A stretch of DNA of 63,930 bases, filler included, from Octopus bimaculoides (Eukaryota), in the NCBI RefSeq assembly GCF_001194135.2. It is 6 parts of 6 records of this genome, joined end to end, with 100 filler letters (N's around TTAATTAATTAA, not from the genome) between each part and the next. Parts side by side here need not be neighbours in the genome. Positions count along the whole stretch, not along the records: positions 24,422 to 42,601 come from NC_068999.1; positions 42,702 to 54,449 come from NC_068984.1; 4 more parts are not named here. One strand, given 5' to 3'. A program made the translations under genes and the position numbers. This document shows, piece after piece, positions 39,958 to 53,329 of this stretch; position 1 is the first letter of the stretch, and every line of letters begins with the position of its first letter. Below the pieces are notes generated by a model. It was not told the origin of the DNA, made no database searches, and saw only the letters and a list, made by a program, of their open reading frames with translations.

Positions 39958-39963
39958 AATAAC

Positions 39964-40040
<77 letters not shown>
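39958..40040. repeat. (AAT)n microsatellite
   Basis: Directly visible. Confidence 0.97.
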
Positions 40041-42005
40041 GATCAGGCATTGCGGCAAAAAATATTAAGGATAAGTCGATATGGCTGGTGTTATTTGATA
40101 ATCTCTCGATATTTTATGCTATGCAAATATTTAATTTAAATAAATTGAATAATCTATAGAAGAGCACTATTAAAAGAAATTTTAGATTTTTTATTTCTTA
40201 TAGTGACATATTAAAACTTTGAATACTTAAGCAAAAGCATCCATTTTTTTTGGATTTTTTTGTTTTTGCTCCTGTTACACAAACGATAATTGCTATTTAA
40301 ATTAAGATTACATAAACAAAATAAATAAAATATAAATGTAAATAGATAAAAATAGATTTTAAAAATGCCAGAAAGGTTTCGATAATCTGTAAGCGAAAAG
40401 AATTACCGAACTGAATGGATTACAGGTGCTCAAAGAAGATCGATGCTCCACAGATTTTGAAATGCCTTCTTAACTTGAGCGTCTTCTTAAAAATCAAAGA
40501 CACAGAGAGGCGCTATTAATGTGTATGTATGTATGTATGTATGTATGTATGTATGTATATNNNNNNNNNNNNNNNNNNNNNNNNNNNNNNNNNNNNNNNN
40601 NNNNNNNNNNNNNNNNNNNNNNNNNNNNNNNNTATATATATATACTATATATATTATATGCAAAATATGTTTGGAGAAGAACGGGTATTGTGAAAGAATT
40701 TATCCTTCTCTCTTTTATTAGACTCTCAGCCATTTCATATGTGCCTTTGATATTATTTCATAGTGCAGCACAAATCGTACCAAGTTCACCATAATTGATA
40801 CATTTTCCCACTTGAACCACACCGTACGCCTCTGCCCAAATGATGGCGATCAGAAAGAACCAAAAACTAACACATCTATTACTTGAAGACACGATTTCCA
40901 CTCTCTTAACAACAATAGCGTCACACGAATAATCGGGTAAAACGTGTCAGTTTTTTTGTGTGCCGCAACTTAGAGAGTACACAGAATCTCGATACTTTCT
41001 TCTTCCTCTGACTTTTGTTACATTACTGGGTATTAACGGAATATTACAAGAAATATAGTACTTTATTAATTCCTCCAGATTTTATTATTTGTAATTATCG
41101 ATTTTGCTAATAGGTGAAACAGGATAGTACTTAGAGGTTAATTAGAAACGAAACCCCTAACCTCTTGAAGACACGGCAATTTATCATCCAATTGTTATTA
41201 CAAGAAAAATTTATGCTTCGTTCCCGTGTATGTTGCCTCTCATTAGAGTTGTTTATTCAAAGAATGTTGTTAAATGATGCCGCATTGGGCAAACATGATG
41301 GATGTTAGATACTTTTTTCTTATTTCTTTTCCTTCTCATTTTCAAATTCTTAGCGGTTTCAGATAACCATGTCGTTCGCTGTTATGTTCGTTGTATAATG
41401 ATAGGAAGGGTGAGATTTCAGACATAATTGACTGCTATTTCTGGCAACTTCTGAACACCACCACTTATTGGCTCGTTCTACCAGTTTCTAGCCTGGCTCG
41501 TGCGAAAATTGATTGTGTGTGTGTGTGTGTGTGTGTNNNNNNNNNNNNNNNNNNNNNNNNNNNNNNNNNNNNNNNNNNNNNNNNNNNNNNNNNNNNNNNN
41601 NNNNNNNNNNNNNNNNNNNNNNNNNNNNNNNNNNNNNNNNNNNNNNNNNNNNNNNNNNNNNNNNNNNNNNNNNNNNNNNNNNNNNNNNNNNNNNNNNNNN
41701 NNNNNNNNNNNNNNNNNNNNNNNNNNNNNNNNNNNNNNNNNNNNNNNNNNNNNNNNNNNNNNNNNNNNNNNNNNNNNNNNNNNNNNNNNNNNNNNNNNNN
41801 NNNNNNNNNNNNNNNNNNNNNNNNNNNNNNNNNNNNNNNNNNNNNNNNNNNNNNNNNNNNNNNNNNNNNNNNNNNNNNNNNNNNNNNNNNNNNNNNNNNN
41901 NNNNNNNNNNNNNNNNNNNNNNNNNNNNNNNNNNNNNNNNNNNNNNNNNNNNNNNNNNNNNNNNNNNNNNNNNNNNNNNNATATATATATATATATATAT
42001 ATATC

Positions 42006-42037
<32 letters not shown>

Positions 42038-42539
42038 TGTGTGTGTGTGTGTGTGTTTGTATTATGTATATATGAATGTATACATATGTATTCATAGATA
42101 TATCGTATATAGATGTGTTAGATGTGTGTGGAAAGAGAAGAGAAAGATGGCGGTGATCCCTTCACAGAACTTCAGAATAACTGTGTTTATTTAACTCTGT
42201 CAACATACCCATAAGCTTACGCTAGTATAGAAACAAAAGACAATCCAGCGGAAGACAGCTGAAGGGAGAGATGTTCAAAGTACACTCCTTAGTTTCGTAT
42301 TTATTGCGTGGAAAAATAAAAGCCAAAACGAAAAGAAAAAAGAGAAGCAAAAACCAAACTCATCTCACGTACGTATATAAACATAAAGGTGATTGTTGAT
42401 AAACTGTCGGAGAGATTGCAATGATAGTGAAAACATTGCTTAGCAAACGATTTTTCGCGATCGACAAGTCATAAACTTACCCGTCGTCGTATTTTTCAGA
42501 GCGAGATAAGTCTTTTCACCTGATTGTAATCCACGCTCC

Positions 42540-42578
<39 letters not shown>

Positions 42579-42601
42579 ACACACACACACATATATATAT
42601 A

Positions 42602-42701
42602 NNNNNNNNNNNNNNNNNNNNNNNNNNNNNNNNNNNNNNNNNNNNTTAATTAATTAANNNNNNNNNNNNNNNNNNNNNNNNNNNNNNNNNNNNNNNNNNN
42701 N
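42602..42701. other. Artificial scaffold join (44 N + TTAATTAATTAA + 44 N)
   Basis: Linker at 42646-42657. Confidence 0.95.
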
Positions 42702-42705
42702 ATAT

Positions 42706-43104
42706 AGGAGTGGCTGTGTGGTAAGTAGCTTGCTTACCAACCACATGGTTCCGGGTTCAGTCCCACTGCATGGCATCTTGGGCAAGTGTGTTCTACTATA
42801 GCCTCGGCCCGACCAAAGCCTTGCGAGTGGATTTGGTTGACGGAAACTGAAAGAAGCCCGTCGTATATATGTATGTGCATGTGTATGTTTGTGTGTCTGT
42901 GCTTGTCTCCCCAACATCGCTTGACAACCGATGCTGGTGTGTTTACATCCCAGTAACTTAGCGGTTCAGCAAAAGAGACCGATAGAATAAGTACTAGGCT
43001 TACAAAGAATAATTCCTGAGGTCGATTTGCTCGACTAAAGGCGGTGCTCCAGCATGGCCACAGTTAAATGACTGAAACAAGTAAAAGAATAAAGAGTAAA
43101 AGAG
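42706..43104 (+). mobile_element. SINE-A, full length
   Basis: AGGAGTGGCTGTGTGGTAAGTAGC..GGGTTCAGTCCC..TTGGGCAAGTG, internal (TG/TA) tract, then GTCGATTTGCTCGACTAAAGGCGGTGCTCCAGCATGG..GAAACAAGTAAAAGAATAAAGAG. Confidence 0.95.
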
Positions 43105-44214
43105 TACATATAAATGATTAAATATTCTATGAGTTGACTCGTGAAGACAACTCCGCAATTTCATTTTCTTTTGTGCTGAAAACCTACTATCCGTTGGCTT
43201 TGAGTTAAAATGTATCTTATTGAAACACACAATATTATCTGTATATCGCAAGATAGAAGTGTTACCTCAGGAAATATTTTGAGAGATTAATCTCTCTTTG
43301 ATATGGTGGCAAAGCAGTTACGTCCACACACACTCACAGACACGTGCATAGACCCCTCGCACATACATAGATGTGTATATATAGGTACGTATTTGTTTAT
43401 GTATGTGTGTGTGTATTATTCGTGTGTGTTATATATATACACATGTCTCTGTGTGTGTATGTGTGTATAGAATTATGTATATGCTTGGATTCAACATTCA
43501 AAGAGAAATATATTTGTGATCGTTATATACCCGTAATACCGTAATATACACCATCTTGTGATAAACTTGCGCTTTCACGGTTGTTGAAACTGGTTTATGT
43601 ACGTGATATGAGAATTGCTTATGATATGGCCTGACCTTACAAATTCTACAATATACTCCGCCAACATGGCCAGGAGTGCTATCGTTTCTTAAATATGACC
43701 ACTACAAATATATGTTATATGCGAACACTCTTCGCGCAAAGCGGATTTACAGTAGATCACTCTCACGTTATTGATTGACACACGTAACGTCCAACAACTT
43801 CGATTGTTTCAAGCTTTACTTCCATTTGTTTGGACTAACTATTTCGCGTTGTTATAATTCTACTTTACTCCACTTTTTATTCTTTGTATTCAAATGCTTC
43901 AGTATAGAAGCGTGCTGATATTATGTACTCGGAGTGAGTTAATTTACCACTGTTCGTCCACTCTAATGTTTATAAACGTAACAACACGTTTTACTTGCAC
44001 CCTTTATACTCATATAACGATGCGACCAGACGATTACACCCTATCAGTAATATATTTGATTTACTTTCATCCAAACATACTCGCCAATGCAGACAACATA
44101 GATCAGAAAATGTAGACACTGACAAACACTTACAACTACTCACTCATACACAATCCTTTCCTCAAAGATCCACAGCTTATAGATTTTCCTTTTACGATAC
44201 GTTCACCAAGTGTC

Positions 44215-44330
<116 letters not shown>

Positions 44331-45107
44331 TCTATCTCACACACACATGCATACACATACATACATGCACACACAAACACAAGTGTTATGTTTTGCTTTT
44401 AAGAAATAACAACGACTAAAACGCATGGGACATTCGCTTCTACTACTCGGCAATATTAAACAAAAACCTCTTTCTCCGTATCTTGTACTTTCATTATGAT
44501 GAAACGAAATTATCTTCTAGGAAACTGATGAAACAAAAACACGAAATCAAATTGAAACAGAATCTGCCAAAATTTGATCAACATAAATCTGATTTGCATA
44601 TTCCGACTGATAATTTCACCTGCATTTTAGGCGATTCAGAATTGAAAACCATGTCAACGCCGTAATATCGTTAATCTATCAATATGTATAACTTCTCAAC
44701 GGTACCTAATCAACACGAAATATATCCGTACTTCCTAGTGCACTGCTAACTCTCATTCTCATTCCATAATGAATTCTCTAATTAACGTTGATAAATTTTA
44801 AATCCCTCTGCTAAGTTTTGCATTAAAATTACTAATTTCAACAATGTTTCTATTCTGATTACTCTCAGTTGAATTTTGATTAATTAGTGGCGCGGTTATC
44901 AAGTATGTTAGTACTCGCTTGAATATAATATTGCATTAAAGCCCTGAAATTCTATGAATTTTGCTTTATATGTGTATTATGACATCATTGCAAATTCGAA
45001 GCATTTAGCAAATAATCAGATGGTTTTCAAAGGCATAGATAGAACACATTTCAACCGCTAATTTTTTTTTTTCGTGTCTCTATGTTTTTTATCTTTTATT
45101 TTCTAAT

Positions 45108-45305
45108 TACTTCAGTCATTAGATTGTGGTCATGCTACAGTACCACCTCGAGAAAATCTTTTGGCTGAAAAAAATCAACCCCAGTATTTATTTCTTTAAG
45201 ACTGGTAATTATTCTACCGGCCCCTTATGACGAAACGTTAACTCATGGGGAGGTAATCACACCGACACGGGTTGATAAACGGTGGTGTGAAACAAACACA
45301 AACAC

Positions 45306-45338
<33 letters not shown>

Positions 45339-45555
45339 NNNNNNNNNNNNNNNNNNNNNNNNNNNNNNNNNNNNNNNNNNNNNNNNNNNNNNNNNNNNNN
45401 NNNNNNNNNNNNNNNNNNNNNNNNNNNNNNNNNNNNNNNNNNNNNNNNNNNNNNNNNNNNNNNATGTGTGTATTTAGGTATTTATACGCACACAGGACGC
45501 ACACAAACATATATATATATATACGTATATATAAGTATATAGATATATGTATATA

Positions 45556-45601
<46 letters not shown>

Positions 45602-45680
45602 CATATACCGATACATATAGATACATATACACACACATACTTATAAATAGCGGGCTTCTTTCATTTTCGCCTGCCAGATC
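45108..45680 (-). mobile_element. SINE-A, old, with an expanded internal microsatellite and N gap
   Basis: TTCAGTCATTAGATTGTGGTCATGCTACAGTACCACC..., and GCGGGCTTCTTTCATTTTCGCCTGCCAGATCC on the far side of the microsatellite. Confidence 0.68.
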
Positions 45681-46406
45681 CGGATCCGTGTCGTTGGAAA
45701 CAAACTTCTTACTACACAGTCACGCATGGTTTCTTTATTTTTCCAACACAGACTTATGATTTTATCCCCAAAGTAAAATGGAATGTCTTAAAAACTTTGG
45801 TTGTTTAGTATGAGAAAATCCACATGCACCAGCTTCATAACCTTCGATGCAGTTTTAACTATTTCATGATCATATATTCCAAATAATATAATCCAGCACT
45901 CAGTATAACTTTCGGTACATAACATAAAGTATATTTTATATATTGTCGCATATATATTTTTTATATATTTGACTGTTTTAAGGCTTTGCTTAAGTATTAC
46001 CATTAAATTGCTTGATAATGTTCGCATTGATAGTGAAACATATTTGCGAGAGCAAAAAGTATATTGGTTTTAATGTTGCATAAACATTGTAAATTGTTTA
46101 TCCAACACTACGCACTTCTTATTCATTTTGATTTCAGATCTCTTCGTTGATACACGTGCTTCTTATTCTAGTAGTATCATTNNNNNNNNNNNNNNNNNNN
46201 NNNNNNNNNNNNNNNNNNNNNNNNNNNNNNNNNNNNNNNNNNNNNNNNNNNNNNNNNNNNNNNNNNNNNNNNNNNNNNNNNNNNNNNNNNNNNNNNNNNN
46301 NNNACATATATATATATCTCGCAGTTTACAAAATATTGTATACATGAGATCTTGATGCGCGTGAATATTATTAAGGTTTCTACCAACTTAAAAAGTAGAT
46401 AGCAAA

Positions 46407-46452
<46 letters not shown>

Positions 46453-47189
46453 TAAGTGAAGTCACAGGATATCTATTAGATATTGATGAATCCTAAAATT
46501 CATTTACTATTTTGGAATACGTGTTAATAATGTCAGACATTCTTTCTAATATCATAAATAGTTATATATATTAACGGTTTTCGTTATTTTGCGAACATAA
46601 AACACACAAGCATATATAAATGAGTGCGTGTGTGTGTGTGTAATAGGTCTTCATGGAAAGAGGTTGTTCTTTCCTAGCGATGAATTTTATCCAAGGGTAC
46701 CCCAGTCTAGTTCTATAGCGATTAACGACACTGGAAATTCTACATGTGTATAGGTACTAATGCTTAATGTTGTTTCTTCTTGAATATTAGTACCTTACAC
46801 TTCCGAAATTTCATTAGTTGCTGTAGGGGTTTCCATCGTTTTCCATACATGAAAACAAGCAAAGTTGTTTACTGATCATGATTCAAGAGCCATGCAGAGG
46901 ACCAAGCAATGATATTTTTTGTAGGTGTTCTATCTTTACATTCGATCCAACCATTTTTAGCCATGTTGGTAGTTGGTACCTGTAAGTGCACCAATCACTA
47001 TTTGTCTCACGCCCACTTCCTTTATTGCCCTTAACCTTCGTATTTCCCACTTTAATTCATTATAGTTGTTCACTTTTTTGTTCGTTCTCTTCAATTATTA
47101 GACAGGATGAACAGGTAGAATCATTATTGCATCGGAGACAATGCTTAATATAAATTTTATTGGCTCTTTGTGTTCTGAGAGAAAATCCC

Positions 47190-47280
47190 TTCCATTTCGA
47201 CTTTGCTTTCCATCCTCTCAGTGTTGATGAAATAATGTACCAGTCATGTTCTGGTGTTAATTTAATCGACTTGGTCTTGT
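47190..47280 (+). mobile_element. SINE-B core fragment
   Basis: TCGACTTTGCTTTCCATCCT...AATAATGTACCAG...TTAATCGACTT. Confidence 0.6.
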
Positions 47281-48014
47281 CTTTGATGGTGCACCTTTGT
47301 CATTTGACATCTCGTGTACTTCAGTTCTTGTGATTTAGGGTTAAGCGAAGTTAAACTAACATATCTACACGCACACAAGTTTAGTTTTTATCTGATTGGT
47401 ATTTTTGTTTATGCTTCGTATTTTCCAAATGACATTTACTTTAGCTTTCGTTTACTTCCCCCCACCCCTATCTATCTCATGCACACACACAAACACACTC
47501 CCTCACTGATTCTCCATCTCTCTTTCTCGCATTCTCTTGGGAACATTTATGCATTTTGGTTCTTGAGTCGTGGTGAAAAGTCATTTCAGCTTATGTTAGT
47601 AAAGTTATCTTCATATAGATGCCAATATCATTTAATGTCATGGGAAATGAGTTTAATAGCGATAATCATGCATAATTGCTCCACAGTTTGCTTTGTGCTG
47701 ATACACATTGTCAAATGTGTAGTGGGCTGATTTTCTTATTTGTGTAAAAATTTACGAGAGAGAAACAATTCTTTTCTTTTCGATTATCTTTGAAGCTCGC
47801 GAAAATTATTTTTAAAGTAGAAATAAACGAGTTGGTTTATTCGGTTACAGCAACGAAATATTTGTATAAAAACATTAGGTGCTCACAAATGATTCTCTAT
47901 TCCCTGCGTTTCATAAAGTAAATAGGCATGAAGAATATTTATACAAAGTCAGTTGAATCCGTGTGGCATGTGCTGGTGTTGAGCTCAGAATCACAGTAGA
48001 AAGTATTCTACTGT

Positions 48015-48250
48015 AAGGCGGCGAACAGGCAGAATCGTTAGCACGCCGGGCAAAATGCTTAGCGGTATTTCGTCTGCCGTTACGTTCTGAGTTCAAATTC
48101 CACCGAGGTGGACTTTGCCTTTCATCCTTTCGGGGTCGATAAATTAAGTACCAGTTACGCACTGGGGTCGATGTAATCGACTTAATCCCTTTGTCTGTCT
48201 TTGTTTGTCCCCTCTATGTTTAAGCCCCTTGTGGGCAATAAAGAAATAAG
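48015..48250 (+). mobile_element. SINE-B, full length, young, with a 21-bp target-site duplication
   Basis: AGAATCACAGTAGAAAGTATT occurs at both 47987-48007 and 48249-48269. The body is close to the 25823 copy. Confidence 0.95.
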
Positions 48251-48931
48251 AATCACAGTAGAAAGTATTATTTACTGATAATATCAGCAATCACTATTGA
48301 ATACTACAGTGAAATGTTGCAAGAAAGCCATGGACAATGTGATACTTCGTGAGTGAAATGCCATTCAAGGCATAATGAGGGACATTTGTGAGAAGATTCG
48401 TTGACATTGCACTTTGTGAATACCATAACCTCAAGGGAAAATCAACCAAAGCCACAATCCTTACGCTAAATCCAAGGTCATGAATGCAGGGACCATGAGA
48501 GAGGTATGCTTATGTCGGACCTAAACACCAAGCAAAAACAATCAAGGTAATAAAACAGTGAACCCTCGCAATCTTTCAACGACGGAAGGAAGAAGAGGGG
48601 ACAGCGCGCAATGTTTTATCGTACACTCTTCTTTCCTAACATGAAAAATAAGATCGTCAGGATATTATCCCAAGTTGCCGATAGGTTCCTTTCGCGCAAC
48701 ATGCTTACAATAACATTTTCAATAGACACGTAATTAGATTTTCCTAGTCCACCGCAGCCAACGTAGCCACTATTATAGTGGCTTCTAATAGAGCAAGCTT
48801 GCAAGATACAATACTGAAATAACCTATGTATCGGGTAAGACACTTACAGAGGCAGCTCAAATGAAGACAGCAACGACAAGCACATGTATCATAGATACTG
48901 CGACGAGAAAAAGAAACCGTATCGAAGGAAA

Positions 48932-49368
48932 TAGGTGTAGGAGTGACTGTGTGGTAAGTGGCTTGCTTACCAACTACATGGTTCTGGGTTCAGTCCCACT
49001 GCGTGGCACCTTGGGTAAGTGTCTTCTACTATAGCCTCGGGCCGACCAAAGCCTCGTCAGTGGATTTGGGGGAGGGAAACTGAAAATAGCCCATCGTATA
49101 TATGTATATATATATATGTATGTGTGTGTATATGTTTGTGTGTGTATATGTTTGTGTGTCTATGTTTGTCCTGCCCAACATCGCTTGACAACCGATGCTG
49201 GTGTGTTTACGTCCCCGTAACTTAGCCGTTCGGCAAAAGAGACCGATAGAATAAGTACTAGGCTTCCAAAGAATAATTCATGGGGTTGATTTGCTCGACT
49301 AAAGGCGGTGCTCCAGCATGGCCGCAGTCATTTGAGCGAAACAAGTAAAAAAGTAAAAGAGTAAAAGA
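48932..49368 (+). mobile_element. SINE-A, full length
   Basis: AGGTGTAGGAGTGACTGTGTGGTAAG head, then the standard body and a GTAAAAGAG-type tail. Confidence 0.95.
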
Positions 49369-49496
49369 GAACTCTTACATTATGATGTATATGTGTGTGT
49401 GATATATGTGCGCTTATATATGCGTATATATATGTGCGTGTGCATGAATTTATATATCTGAGTGTGTGTGTGTAAGTATGTATGTATGTATGTACA

Positions 49497-49590
49497 CAGA
49501 ATAAGTCCTGTGTTTGATTTGTTCGACTAAAGGTGGTGCTCCAGCATAGCTGCAGTAAAGTGGCTGAAACAAGTAAAAGAATAAAAGAAT
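49497..49590 (+). mobile_element. SINE-A 3' fragment
   Basis: AGAATAAGTCCTG..GATTTGTTCGACTAAAGGTGGTGCTCCAGCAT..GAAACAAGTAAAAGAATAAAAG. Confidence 0.85.
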
Positions 49591-49740
49591 ATATATATAN
49601 NNNNNNNNNNNNNNNNNNNNNNNNNNNNNNNNNNNNNNNNNNNNNNNNNNNNNNNNNNNNNNNNNNNNNNNNNNNNNNNNNNNNNNNNACACATATATAC
49701 ATATATACATATACGTATATCTATATATACAAATACATAT

Positions 49741-50137
49741 AGGCGCAGGAGCGGCTGTGTGGTAAGTAGCTTGCTTACCAATCACATAGTTCTGGGTTTA
49801 GTCCCACTGCATGGCACCTTGGGCAAATGTCTTCTACTGTAGCCTCGGGACGACCAAAGCCTTGTGAGGAAATTTGGTAGACGGAAACTGAAAGAAGCCC
49901 GTTGCATATATGTATGTGCATATGTTTCTGTCTGTGATTGTCCCCCCCCCCGCCAACAACACTTGACAACTGATACTGGTGTGTTTACGTCCCCATAATC
50001 TATCGGTTCGGCAAAAAGAGAACGATAGAATAAGTACTAAGCTTCCAAAGAATAATTCTTGGGGCGATTTGCTCGACAAAAGGTGGTGCTCCGGCATGAC
50101 CGAGGTCAAATGACTGAAACAAGGAAAAGAGTAAGAG
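49741..50137 (+). mobile_element. SINE-A, full length
   Basis: AGGCGCAGGAGCGGCTGTGTGGTAAGTAGC head through GACTGAAACAAGGAAAAGAG tail. Confidence 0.95.
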
Positions 50138-52904
50138 TATATGCATATAAACGTTTACTTATATGTTTACATGAATGTAAATGCAACGTCAAGCATCATT
50201 GTCAGTTTCAAGCCGTCATACGCGCATAAATTATGAGAACACGTGATATTCCAATCGTTTGCAGCGCGCAAATAAAGACGCGTACGTAATTTGCAGTCGA
50301 CAGATATTAGATTTTTTCTGTTCTTGTATACTATTACATTTATAAATATGCATGTTTGTGTTCCTCCGTATGCGTGTGTGTGTGTGTGTGTGTGTGTGCG
50401 CGAGAGAGAGGGAGAGTTTCTGTGTGTGCTTCTGTTTGTGCGCTCGCTCAAGTGTGCGTTGTGTTTGCTTCTGCATGCAAGCGCGTGTTTGGTGGGTATA
50501 TTTTAATGCCTGTATGGCATTTCAAATGAATTCCCCCGTATGACACGTAATATTTATAAATCCAGAGTGTAAACATGATATAATATTAGTTTCTGCCAAG
50601 AAACATATCCGCTATTTAAAACTACCGGACTCGGAAATACAGGCAAACACATCCATTCACATAAAAAAAAAAAAAAATGTGAAACGGCATTTATAGTCAC
50701 ACGCATACACATAGAAACAAAGCGAAACAAAAAAATATATATAACACAAAATGTAATCTAGTATCATTACCAAAAATCACAAAGTGATATCACTTCCACA
50801 GACACAAAAAGAAAACATAACTAGCATAACTATGTAAAGAAACTATGAAGACTTTAAATTTTTAATGACATTTTTATTTCCTTTCGTTCTACCTCAAAGT
50901 CCTCCATCATCAACCCGTTCTTTTTCCACATTTATTAATTTCTCTATATGAAATGATGGCTGCATTTGCGTCGGAAGATCGATATGTTTCGTATTTGTTG
51001 GATGCAAACTGAATAATGTATGACATTGTGCAAATTTGTTTTGCTTCCTAGCTCAGTTTTACTTAATGTTTTGAAAATAAATACATCATGTTTATAGCCC
51101 TGTAAGGGGTTTCTAACTAGAGACATTTCAATAGCCGTAATAAAAAATAATCATGATCATTATGCATGTATAGCGATGTGATGAAAAAATCGCGAAATAT
51201 TTTGCTAAAATAATATGGTAACTATGCGAATGCTTATGTTCATGGTGAAACGGAAAAAGAATATAATAAAGCAGATGCTGTATCCGAAGAGAGATATGAT
51301 GATGAGAATGATGTTCACCATCAAACATGATGGTGATTACGAGGGGAATAAATGCTCATCAGCGTGGTTACAATGATGACTTTTAATAGAAGTAACAAAT
51401 ACTATAAAAGTGAGTCTCCAAATATACTATAATCACCATCATCATCATCATCATCTTTATCATTATCATTATCATATCATCACAACCACCACCACCACCA
51501 ACAACAAAACCATTATCATAACAACTGCTGCTGTCATCATTTCCCTTCCAGCGCATTTCTTTATTTAAATCATTTTATATTCATTCCATAATTTCGAAAA
51601 GAATATGCCTGATGACATACATTTACTGCTGTAATCAGTTTCAACTGTATGTCTCCACTCCCAGATATTTGGTACTTTAATAGCCCCCATATATGGTTTA
51701 TAAGCATGCCCACTTCTTCCTTATTTTCTCTATGAACATCTTATAAAAACATACGTTACAATATAGCTGTCAGTCTATAGTCAAATTCATGATAGAAATA
51801 TTGTGATTAAGACTGAAAGAAGATGGTTGTGGCTTCAAACTTGGTTCTTGAATCGCAACCCATTGTAATAACAAATGCTGTGTTTTGACGGCTGGGGAGA
51901 GATTTTAGGGCACTATGGAATGGCACTAGTTTAGGTGTGTGTATAATTGCCACTCTCGTAGTTTTCCATTTATCTATCTATCTAGTTTACCATTTATTTA
52001 TCTATCTTTATATATCTATATATATATATAGAGAGAGAGAGAGAACATTCCATAGGGAAATATATTTTTGTATTTATCAACAGCTATTTGAACACACAAA
52101 CCTTCAACCTGTAACTAGTTTTATAAATGCCGATGCACGAACCTCTCAGACGGTTACTCCCTTTGTTACTTCTGCTAAATGTTAATGCATACATATACAT
52201 ACATACATACATATATATATGTATATANNNNNNNNNNNNNNNNNNNNNNNNNNNNNNNNNNNNNNNNNNNNNNNNNNNNNNNNNNNNNNNNNNNNNNNNN
52301 NNNNNNNNNNNNNNNNNNNNNNNNNNNNNNNNNNNNNNNNNNNNNNNNNNNNNNNNNNNNNNNNNNNNNNNNNNNNNNNNNNNNNNNNNNNNNNNNNNNN
52401 NNNNNNNNNNNNNNNNNNNNNNNNNNNNNNNNNNNNNNNNNNNNNNNNNNNNNNNNNNNNNNNNNNNNNNNNNNNNNNNNNNNNNNNNNNNNNNNNNNNN
52501 NNNNNNNNNNNNNNNNNNNNNNNNNNNNNNNNNNNNNNNNNNNNNNNNNNNNNNNNNNNNNNNNNNNNNNNNNNNNNNNNNNNNNNNNNNNNNNNNNNNN
52601 NNNNNNNNNNNNNNNNNNNNNNNNNNNNNNNNNNNNNNNNNNNNNNNNNNNNNNNNNNNNNNNNNNNNNNNNNNNNNNNNNNNNNNNNNNNNNNNNNNNN
52701 NNNNNNNNNNNNNNNNNNNNNNNNNNNNNNNNNNNNNNNNNNNNNNNNNNNNNNNNNNNNNNNNNNNNNNNNNNNNNNNNNNNNNNNNNNNNNNNNNNNN
52801 NNNNNNNNNNNNTTCAACCCATTGAAAGTCTCTTTTGCTGTACAACCTGATCACTGATCTGCATTCAACTGCCTCCATTTAATTCTATATTGCCTACAAG
52901 GGAA

Positions 52905-52990
52905 TAACATAGAGGGGACAAACAAGGACAGACAAAGGGACTAAGTCGATTACATTGATCCCAGTGCGTAACTAGTACTTATTTAATGGC
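52905..52990 (-). mobile_element. SINE-B 3' fragment
   Basis: AACATAGAGGGGACAAACAAGGACAGACAAAGGGACTAAGTCGATTACATTGATCCCAGTGCGTAACT. Confidence 0.85.
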
Positions 52991-53031
52991 CGCAGATCTA
53001 AGCTGAAACTATAAATAAATAAATAAATATA

Positions 53032-53066
<35 letters not shown>

Positions 53067-53329
53067 CGGCGGCAACTATGTCGACAAACCCACCATGGCT
53101 GCTTGGGAAGGATCGTGTGACAATTTAGATACCGCTAATTTTGTCGTTTCAGATGCAAGTAATATAAATGATAGGCTAGGGAATTAATGGATCTCAGTTT
53201 CTTGATCCATTTCTCTCTCTCTCGCTCGCTTTCTATTATCTAGCTATCTATCTATATCGAGAAAAAAAAAATTTTTAAGAGAGAGAGAGAGAGAGAGAGC
53301 ACTTCGCTCTCATGTGTCTATTCCCTGCT

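Noticed and set aside
42706-42780. SINE heads as genuine tRNA genes
   Set aside because: A/B-box-like motifs are present, but they are followed by SINE bodies, lack a full cloverleaf and occur as many diverged copies.
48765-48783. 9-bp hairpin AGCCACTAT-T-ATAGTGGCT
   Set aside because: Within chance expectation, and no associated feature.
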